NCBI GenBank assembly: GCA_010909165.1
Contig: VJWM01000398.1
Coordinates: 1 to 19,587, forward strand
DNA from: Anthoceros angustus
Taxonomy: Eukaryota > Plantae > Anthocerotophyta
Direction: 5' to 3'
Length of the DNA stretch: 19,587 nucleotides
A program made the translations under genes and the position numbers. Shown here piece by piece: positions 11,339 to 19,587 of this stretch; the first letter of the stretch is position 1, and every line of letters starts with the position of its first letter. The notes below the pieces were generated by a model. That model had not been told where the DNA came from. It did not search any database and saw only the letters and a list, made by a program, of their open reading frames with translations.

Positions 11339-11814
11339 GGGTGCGGTAACGGATTGTGGCGGTTACGGCTTGCTGACCCAGTAGGTCTCCCATGGGTCGC
11401 CGGCCTGCACCGCGGGCAGGGTGGCCACCTCCACCCGCCGCACCTTCCACCGCCCCCGGTCCGCTTCAGCCGACGTCCCGCGGATGCCGGCCGGTGTGGC
11501 ACCGCGGGCAGGCCAGGTACAGCCGGTCCAGGCGGATCACCCCGGCGGTCAGGACGGGCGGCCCGACGCGTCGGCGCGCGGCCTCGACCGCCCGGCGGGC
11601 ACCGCGGCGTCCACCCGCGCGGCTGGCCCGTCCGGGGCGGTGTCGGCGGTGGTCGGGGTTGGCGGGCCGGGGCAGGGCCTGCTCGACCCGCCGGGCTTCC
11701 AGCGGTGTGCGTGCGGAAGGCGCGGGACCTGGCGGGACCTCCGGGGAGACCGCCCCATCACCCCGGTTCACCGTCAACCACCACAACCAATTACCCGGTC
11801 GCGGCCGCAAGCCC
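11339..11814 (-). mobile_element. ISKra4-like element with large internal deletion (non-autonomous derivative)
   Basis: N-terminal transposase pieces (RTPLEARRVEQAL..TADTAPDG..VLTAGVIRLDRLYLACPRCHTGRHPRD) join directly to C-terminal pieces (RLKRTG-RWKVRRVEVATL-AVQAGDPWETYWVSKP*, TAA 11363-11365). Ends GGGTGCGGTAACG (11339) and an imperfect inverted GGGCTTGCGGCCGCG (11814). Confidence 0.68.
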
Positions 11815-11886
11815 GCGTGTGTTTGACGGCATCAGTCCGGAACGGTAAGCCATTCAGGGTAGTTGGGTTCTTCCGGGAGGTGGGTC

Positions 11887-14135
11887 ATGGTCCGTTGGCT
11901 GTGGGCGGTTGTTGCGGCCGCCGGTCTCGCTCCGTTGTCCGTCGCACAGACGTGGGTGTCCTCGGGCCGGCACCGATCACCAACGGCCAGACCAGCCCGA
12001 CGGCCGCGGTGTCCGGGGCGGTGGCGCATCCTCGTTGACCCGACCAGCAGCAGTACGTACTACGCCGGCACGGTGAACGGCGGGGTGTGGAAGAGCACCA
12101 ACAGCGGCACCAGTTGGACCCCGCTGACGGACAACATCGGGTCCACGTCCGTCGGCGGGCTGGCGTTCGACCCGACGAACAGCAACACCCTGATCACCGG
12201 GTTCGGCCGCGGCCGCAGCTCGTACTACCTGGAGGGCGGGCGGATCGGCGGGTTCTCGTACTCGCTCGACGGCGGCACCTCCTGGACCACTCAGTACACC
12301 CTGCCGACGAACACGTCCGTGTCCGGCATCGCCGCCCGCGGCCTGGGGCGGGCACCGGCACGGTGGTGGTGGCCAACGACCGCACCACCTACTCCTGGAA
12401 CGGGTGTTCTGAGCACCAACGGCGGCACCAGCTTCACCCAGATCTCGGTGGCGCCGGCACCGGGCTGCCGGCCATGGGGTGTTCGGGCTGGCCGAGAACG
12501 CCACCAACTCGGCCCAACTGTTCACCGTCCCGAACCACACCAGCGGGGCATACTCGGTGTACCGGTCGAACGACACCGGCAGCACCGGGCGGCGGTCAGC
12601 AACGCCACCATGAACACCCAGATCCAGTCCGCCGACACGGTGAAGGTGTCCGCCCAGGGAACACGGTGGTGGTGGGCATCGTCAAAGGCACCACGGTGAA
12701 CGTGTGGCGGTCGGGGACGGCGGCACCAACTGGACGGCGTGGGCGACCGCCCCGGCGTCCAACCCCGGCTCGCAGGGCTGTGGCACTTCAACCTGCTGGT
12801 GGACCCGACCGACGCCACCGGCAACCGGGTGTACCTGATCGGGGACGCCACCCAGACCAGCCCGTACAACGGGCGGGTGTTCCGCGGCGACTTCGCCGCC
12901 GGCACCTGGACGGACCTGTTCGTGAACGGGTCGAACGCCCCGCACGCGGACGGCCGCTCGCTGGCCATCAACCCGACCACCGGCAACCTGCTGGCGGGGA
13001 ACGACGGCGGTATCTTCACCCTGTCCAACCCGAGCGGGGCGTTCGGCACCTGGACGTCGCTGAACAACACCCTGGGCACCCTGGAGTTCCACAGTGCGGC
13101 GTTCGACCCGGTGTCCAAACTGGCGTTCGGCGCCCAGGACAACGGCACCAGCCGGCAGACGGCCGGCAACTCCGGCTGGAGCCTGGTGCTCGGCGGGACG
13201 GCGCGCAGGTGGCGGTGGTCACCAGCCCGACCAACTCCGCCCAGTCGCTACGGTACATGAAACCGCAGTACCTGGGGTCGTTCCGCAAGGGCACCTACGA
13301 CAGCACCGGCGCGCAGCTCAGCCTCACCGCCCCAGCCTGAACGTCACCGGCACCGGGCAGACCATCTACCAGAACGACACCAGCATCCAGTTCTACGGGC
13401 CGATCGCCACCAACCGGGCGGACGGCCAGCGGCTGTACATCGGCACCCAGAAGGTGTACGAGTCGCTCGACCAGGGGAACAACCTGACGGTGGTGAAGAA
13501 CTTCGGCACCGGGGTGAACGTGACCGTGATCAAGGCGGACGGGTTCAGCGGCACCACCGCCCGGCCGGAGGTGCTGTACGCCGGCACGAGCAACGGGCAG
13601 GTGTGGGTGCGGAAGGACACCGGCGGGGCGATGGTGCAGCTCACCGGGCACACCGCCGGCGGGGTGGCCGACCGCCGTGCAGCCGACCGACTGGCGGCAC
13701 ATCGTGGTGGGCAGCGCCTCCCAGGTGGTCCGCAGCACCAACGTGGACGCCGCCACCCCCACGTTCACCACCATCACCGGCAACCTGTTCACCGCCAACC
13801 CCGGGTTCGGCACCCTGTTCAGCGTGGAGACGGCCCACTTCGGCACCAAGGACGTGTACGTGGCCGGCGGGCGGGACGGTGTACGTCACCACCTCGGACG
13901 CGCTGGGCACCTGGACCGAGTTCGGCACCGGCCTGCCGGACGTGGTGGTGACGGACATCGACTACGATTCGATCAACGACGTGCTGATGGTGGCCACACT
14001 CGGCCGCGGGGTGTGGACGGTGCCGGCGTTCTCCACCTTCTTCGCCCCGGTGCCCGAGCCGGCGACGGTGCTGCTGGTGGCCGGCGTGGCCTCGGCGTCG
14101 GCGGGTACGCCTGCCGGCGGTGGCGGGCGGGCTGA
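11887..14135 (+). CDS. PEP-CTERM-anchored secreted beta-propeller protein with BNR/Asp-box repeats (GH74/VPS10/sialidase-like fold)
   Basis: RBS GGGAGG and signal peptide MVRWLWAVVAAAGLAPLSVAQ. Repeats such as YYAGTVNGGVWKSTNSGTSW, YSLDGGTSW, STNGGTSF, YESLDQGNN; C-terminal VATLGRGVW..VPEPATVLLVAGV..RRWRAG*. Confidence 0.88.
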
Positions 14136-14188
14136 GCGGAGCATTGGCCGACCGATAGACTGACGGCGTCTCGCCTCTGCCGTCGCCC

Positions 14189-14803
14189 ATGCCCAAGAAA
14201 CGCTCCGACACTCGGTTGGGAACGCCGTACCCTGACCGCCGCGGCGACCGGCGTCGTACGCCGGTGGCCGGATCGGGAACGGGTGATGTGGCTGTGGCAC
14301 GGCACCGCCGAGCCGGTGGTGGCAAACATCCGCCGCGGCATCGACCTGCGGTACTGCCAGCGGAAGACCGACTTCGGCCGAGGGTTCTACACCACCACTT
14401 ACAAGCAACAGGCCCGTGAGTGGGCGGCGAAGATCACCCGCCGCCCAGCGGCGAGAACGGAACCGGGCGATCCGCGGGGCGATGATCGGCATTCCGGTAC
14501 CCGTTGACGACCTTTCACCGCTCCACAGCCTGCCGTTCGTCCGCCCGGAGCCGAGCAACGAACTGTTCTGGAGCTTCGTGCGGCACTGCCGCGGGTTCCC
14601 GACGTCGGATGCCAACAACCCAAGCCACTACCCCGACCGCCGGACCGCACGCACCTGTACCCACACCCGCCGGGGAACCTGCTACGATATGGTGTGGCGA
14701 TGGCGGGATACCCGCAGGTGTTCCTGAGCTACGACCAGTAGGGCCGGCCGTGCCGTACCACCTTCTGCCGTCGGCCCGGATCGACCTGTTCCGCGTGGAG
14801 TAA
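14189..14803 (+). CDS. DUF3990-family protein (ADP-ribosyltransferase-fold clan)
   Basis: MWLWHGT..IRRGIDL..KTDFGRGFYTTTYKQQAREWA..LFWSFVRHCR..CYDMV..SYDQ: HGT, DFG-x-GFY-x-T, W-x-x-FV and YD motifs of DUF3990. Start may be 14189 or 14286; the 3' end is disrupted in this read. Confidence 0.8.
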
Positions 14804-14810
14804 TCGAACG

Positions 14811-15059
14811 GTGAAGCATCGCCTGCCCGAACTGCCGGCCGAAGCGGTTGCCGAATACCTGGCAACTCGTCCGGGCTGCGCTCGTGGCCGGTGGCCTGTC
14901 GAAGAAGGATGCGGCGACTACGGCGAAGGCGTACGCGCGTGGATGAAGCCGGCCGGCTGGACGATCTACAACGACGATCCGGAGGACTCGGCCGAGGCCG
15001 CGAAGGACTACGCCGCGTGGATGCGGGAGGAGCAGGCGAAGCCGAGTAACGGACGGTGA
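14811..15059 (+). CDS. Small hypothetical protein with acidic C-terminal half (candidate antitoxin)
   Basis: 82-aa ORF starting 7 bp after the DUF3990 stop; ..WTIYNDDPEDSAEAAKDYAAW..; GTGA overlap with the next gene. Confidence 0.55.
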   Translation: MKHRLPELPAEAVAEYLATRPGCARGRWPVEEGCGDYGEGVRAWMKPAGWTIYNDDPEDSAEAAKDYAAWMREEQAKPSNGR

Positions 15060-15795
15060 AGAAGCGGGCGAAGCAACCGGCGAAGGTTGCGGACGAGTTG
15101 CCGACCAAGGAGGAGATTCTGCAACTGCCGCGGTGGGCACAGGTGGCGTTCGCGGCCCGGTGTGCCCGGCGAGTGGAACCGTTGTTCCTGAACAATTGGC
15201 CTGACGCACCGCTGAAGCATGTAGAAGCTGTATCGCATGCGGTCGCTGCGGTGGAACAATTCGCTGGTCAGCTGAACGGGATCTTCGATGACCGAATCAT
15301 GAAGGCGGTCTATGACGCCCGGGAGGCTGCTGGACAACCTCGCTGACGGTATTCAGGTTCATATGCGAGCAACGGGGGTAGCGCACGCGACATACTACGC
15401 CTGCGTCGTTGCTGTCATCAGCACGGAGAACGCTACGCACCCACTCCCGCCGAGGGATCATGGGTTTTCCCGGATGCCCCAGTTTGGATACGTCGCGATC
15501 TAGCAACTCTTCTCACTGAAGTACAGCAGGGCAACTGGACCGACGACACCCCTGTTCCCCATCCGTGTTCGGCCCGCTGTGGCCGGAGGGTCCGCCGAAG
15601 GATTGGCCGGAGTTGCCGAAGCCGAAGCAGTTGAAGCTGACCGTCCGGTGCCGGACGGGATGGACGACGCCGCGGTGTGCGAGAAGTTGAAGACGCTGAC
15701 GGCGGCACTGGGCCGGCTGAACGTCGCCGGCGGGGCAGGTTGAAACTCGTCCCGCCGGTCGAATTCACCGAAGAGCAGGTGCGAGGTCTGGCCGA
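15056..15795 (+). CDS. Hypothetical protein (frameshifted; end approximate)
   Basis: MKKRAKQ..LPTKEEILQLPRWAQVAFAARCARRVEPLF..WIRRDLATLL..WTDDTPVP..FGPLWPEGPPKDWPE..LKTLTAALGRLNVAGGAG(L)KLVPP; coding-like across frames. Confidence 0.6.
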
Positions 15796-16174
15796 TGTCG
15801 TCCGCGAAGAAGGGCAAAAATCGAAGGGCGGTCGTCACCCTCGGCGTTAACAAGGCGACCGACGACCCGTCCATCCTGCAAGCGTGCGTGGCCGCGCTGA
15901 AGGGCGGGCCGGTGGACGGAGTGCCGACTTCGCCCGCACCCCCGTCGCCCACGCCGAACTCGTCCGCCAAGCGGGTAGCCGTATCCGACGACGTGCAGAA
16001 GCTGGCCGACGACGCCATCAACACGTCCCTCAAGCAGGTGCTGGCCGAGTTGCGGAAATCGGTCGAACCCAAGTTCGACGGCCCGGCGTGGGCGATCGGC
16101 TGGTCGAACTGTGGACCGTGTTGAAGCAACTCGAAGCGGACGGCTTCCGGATCGAAGCCGAAGAAGTGGTGTAA
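15795..16174 (+). CDS. Hypothetical protein (frameshifted)
   Basis: MSSAKKGKNRRAVVTLGVNKATDDPSILQACVAALKGG..VSDDVQKLADDAINTSLKQVLAELRK..RLVELWTVLKQLEADGFRIEAEEVV*, followed by a T-rich tract. Confidence 0.55.
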
Positions 16175-16334
16175 TTTTTCCTACCGACCTCCCTTCCCGC
16201 CTCAGATTATGAACATAATTCCACATCTGGCGGATTGCCCGTCAGGTGTGGAGGGCACGGTCATGAACGTGGTTGCCAGCGCGGTACTACTTGCCTGGAT
16301 TTCACTGGGTTCGGTAGAATCGGGCATCGGCCGC

Positions 16335-18504
16335 CTATCCGCCGCCGGGCGGGTTGAACGCCCGCGGTCGGTCAGCCGGCGGGTGTACCACACCTCCCGG
16401 CCAGCAGCCCGATCACCACGATGAGCAGCAGCCACCAGATCTCCTTCGACACCGGCTGGCCGCCGCCGCTGGCCACGATCTCGTCCGCCGACTGCACATA
16501 GGTCAGCCGCCGGCCGCGTCCGCCACCCGCTTCCGGTCCTCGTCGTTGTTCGGCGTCAGCACCGCCTCCCGCGAGTCCGTCCGCACGGCGAAGTACACCA
16601 CCCGCCCGCTCGGGGTGGTCAGCTTGTACGCCCCGGGTCGGTGGTGCCGTCGATCACCACCGGCCAGCTCTCCACGGTCACCGTGCGGGTGCGGCCGTCC
16701 GGCGACACCACCGGCCGCGGGGTTCGTCCGGCCGCGGGTGAACACGATCGGCTGGCCGGGCAGCAGGTTCCGCTCGGCCGTGCGGGTGCCGGCCAGGTAA
16801 TACAGGAGTTCGTGCGCCAGCCGCACGAAGTCCGGCAGGCGGATCAGGTTCGTCTTCCAACTGTTGTCCAGCGGGACGGCGGCGAGCATGACGCGGCCCT
16901 TGCGAACGCCCGCTCGACCAAGAACGGGTCGCGGGTGGAGAACATCGCCGCGGCGGTGCCGGTGACGCCGTTCGCCCCGGCCGCCGCGTCCAGCTTCCAC
17001 CGCTTCGGGAAGTAGGCGGTGTGCAGCCCGCCGGGGCAGCTCCTTGAACACCTCCATCGCCGGGTGGGCGAGGCCGGCGGTGAGCACCTTCGGGCGTTCG
17101 CCGGTCGGCGTCGTCGCCCGCCACCTCCACCAGCCGGCCGGCAGGAACCCCTGCCCGCCGCGGAACGCCACCTTGTTCCACGTGGCCGAGTCCGCCCGCT
17201 CGCCGAGCGTGACCAGCACCGACCCGCCGGCGGCCAGGAACTCTCCACCTCCTGTTGCAGGGCTACGGACGGCTTGTCGACGTTCGCCAGCACCACCACC
17301 CGCGGGGGCGGTGCCCGGCCCCTTCACGTCGGCGGTGAACGCGGCCGGCGACCAGTCGGCGGCGGGCACGGTGCGGACGGCGAACGCCGGTCGGGTCCTT
17401 GGCCGGGGCCAGCGCGTCGCGGAGGAAGTCGCTACCGCGGTTGCGGACGGTCGGCCCGCCGTCCACGATCAGCACCGGCACCACCGGCAGCACCTCGACG
17501 GCGAAGTCCTGGCGGTTGTCGCCGGGCAGTTCGTCGTCGTCCAGTTGCAGGCTGACCGGTGCGAGCCGACGGCGAACTTGTGGGTGAAGCTCAGCGGCAG
17601 CAGGTCGCCGGATTCACCCGTCGGCTTCACCTCGCCGAGCGACTTGCCGTCCACGAACAGCCGCACCTTGCCGGCCGGCTTGCCGGCGGTGTCGCCGGAC
17701 GGGCGGACGGCCGAGCGGAACGTCACCTCCGGCCGGCGGCGGCCACCCGCGGGCGGTGGTGATCGGCTCCAGGCTCCAGTTCGGCGGGTCGGCCGGTCGG
17801 CCGCTGGCCACGTTCACCACCCAGATGCGGGCGGCGTTGGCGGCGGCCCGGCTGCCCCGCGGCGGACCAGGTCCCACTTCGCCAGGGTGGTCTCGTCCGC
17901 CCACCCGTACCGCTGGTCGTCGGAGATGACGATCACGTCCAGTTCGGGCTGGCGGTGTCGAGCAGGGCGAGCGCCGCTTGCACCGCCGCCGGCCAGTCGG
18001 CCGACCCCTTCGGCGGGTGAGCAGTTCGAGCGCGTTGCGGGCCTGGTCGCGGTCGCCGGTCAGGTTCGGCACGATCGGCACCGGCCGGGTCTTCACCTGG
18101 AAGATCGCCACCCGGTCGCCGGACCGCAGGCGGTCGATGTACGCGGCGGCCCAGTCGCGGCGGCGTCGGCGGCGGTGCCGCCGCCCTGCTTACGCCATGC
18201 TCGCCGACCCGTCGACGAGCAGCACCACGTCCCGCGGCCCGCCGGCGGTGGTGGTGCCGAGCAGCCGGCTGGTGACTTCCGGGGCGGCCAGGGCCAGGCA
18301 TACCAGGGCGATGATCAGGATCCGCAGCACCATCAGCCAGAACTGTTCCAGGTACACCCGCCGCTTGGTCTTGGTGCTGAGCTGCAGGAACTGCATGGCC
18401 GCCCAGTCCACCTCGTCGAACTTGCGGCGGCTGAACAGGTGGACGATCGGCGGGATGACCGCCGCGCCCGGGCCGAACAGCAGTGCGGCGTTCAGGAAGG
18501 TCAT
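16335..18504 (-). CDS. BatA-domain / VWA-domain membrane protein (3' end approximate)
   Basis: MTFLNAALLFG-GAAVIPPIVHLFSRRKFDEVDWAAMQFL..LMVLRILII..LAAP; VWA MIDAS-like DVVLLVDGSASM; VIVISDDQR; VVLANV..GGSVLV; LDNSWKTNL..PDFVRL; C-terminal EIWWLLLIVVIGLLA-EVWY. Confidence 0.88.
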
Positions 18505-18697
18505 GCGGCGGAGACAGGGTGCGGATGCTCTGCCGCAATTTTACCAACTCGCCGGCCGGCGGTGATGGTACGATCGGCAACACGGTGAACGATGGGTTTT
18601 GGCGAACCGGCCCGCGAGGGCCGTGGGTGCGTGATAGCTTGCTCGCACCCACGGCCCTCGCAGGCCGGGTTCGCCCAGAACGCGGTCGGGGAACGTC

Positions 18698-19243
18698 ATG
18701 CGTGGCCGAACCGTGTTCCTCGCCGTCGTGCTGCCGCTCGTGGTCGGGTGCGGAGGAGGGGCGAAGCAAGCGGAAACGCCGCCGCGGGGCGCCAGGTCCG
18801 CCGGTCCCGATCAGGTCCTTTTTACTCTTTGACGCGGACGCGCTATACGGCGGGTACGTGATCTGGGCGGTGGATCGGACGGCGATTATCCAGGTTCTAG
18901 GCCCACCCCGGCCGGGGCATTCCGGCTTGTGGAGAAGCGATACCAGTTCAAGCTCACTGCCGAGCAGTGGGGCGAGGTGGAGCGGTTGGTCGCGCGCATC
19001 ACCTGCTCGCCGTCAAGATACCGGATCAGCCGAGCGCCCCACACGAAGCACGTCCGGTCATCATGGTCGTCAGTCAGGCGGGGACGACGAACCGGGTTCG
19101 CAAACGAGGTCGCGATACGCACCGGACTTCGACCCGGTGTACGAGTACATTCGCGGGTTGTACCGGACGGAGGGCACCCGGTGTTCGAGGGCGAGTTCGA
19201 TGGGAAGTGGCTGCCGGACGGGTTCGCGGACCCGTGGAAATAG
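18698..19243 (+). CDS. Putative lipoprotein (frameshifted)
   Basis: MRGRTVFLAVVLPLVVGCGGG (lipobox-like VVGC)..EKRYQFKLTAEQWGEVERLV..APHEARPVIMVV..HPDFDPVYEYIRGL..FEGEFDGKWLPDGFADPWK*. Confidence 0.68.
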
Positions 19244-19290
19244 CACAGGCCGACGCGCTCCCCGTTGGGTCGCTGAAAACCAATTTTCCG

Positions 19291-19587
19291 TCACCTCCCG
19301 GCGGCCGCGGAGCTTGGCCAGCAGGTTCAGGATCTCCAGGTACAGCCACACCAGCGTGACCAGCAGGCCGAACCCGGCGTACCACTCCATGTACTTCGGC
19401 GCGCCGCGGGCCACCCCCGCTCGATGTAGTCGAAGTCGAGCACCGTGGTTGAGCGCCGCCGTCACCACCACGATGAGCGAGAAGATGATGCCGATCGGCC
19501 CGCTGTCGTGTACGGGTACGTGCACCGAACAACGACAGAATCAGCGTGCCCAGGTACACCAGCGCGATCCCACCCATGGCGGCGAAC
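19291..19587 (-). CDS. Bax inhibitor-1/YccA family membrane protein (3' part; runs off the window)
   Basis: MGGIALVYLGTLILSLFG..SGPIGIIFSLIVVVTAALN-VLDFDYIE-GVARGAPKYMEWYAGFGLLVTLVWLYLEILNLLAKLR. Confidence 0.92.

Noticed and set aside
14736-14745. In-frame TAG after YDQ in DUF3990 as possible stop read-through
   Set aside because: The expected following residues appear to be missing, which fits a local deletion or read error; no recoding signal is evident.
17044-18588. 514-aa plus-strand ORF, and similar long antisense ORFs such as 3056-4090 and 5459-6478
   Set aside because: Shadow ORFs antisense to real genes in high-GC DNA, with low-complexity Arg/Pro/Ala translations.

Overview
GC-rich bacterial DNA, very probably Planctomycetota (Gemmataceae-like, judged from the DUF1559 pilin-like, BatA/VWA and PEP-CTERM genes and the IS types). 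Almost every gene carries several 1-bp indels, as expected for an unpolished long read, so proteins were reconstructed across frames and some ends are approximate. The left part (1-11281) looks like a decayed integrative island anchored at a tRNA-Arg(ACG) gene of which only the 5' half is recognisable. Reading leftward from it: an att-like repeat region, a tyrosine-integrase N-half fused to a 5'-truncated IS630, an AT-rich regulatory region, a six-gene minus-strand cassette (DUF1559 pilin-like, clan GH-A hydrolase/GT2 fusion, APH-like kinase, ABC exporter, glycosyltransferase, YdjC deacetylase), then remnants of a solo Cas4-like nuclease, DUF932 and IS66. The right part holds an internally deleted ISKra4-like element, a PEP-CTERM beta-propeller protein, a tightly coupled four-gene cluster led by a DUF3990 (ADP-ribosyltransferase-fold) gene, a BatA/VWA membrane protein, a lipoprotein and the 3' end of a Bax-inhibitor-1/YccA gene. 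The best candidates for new biology are the GH-A/GT2 + ABC + kinase glycan cassette, the half-tRNA integration site and the DUF3990 cluster.
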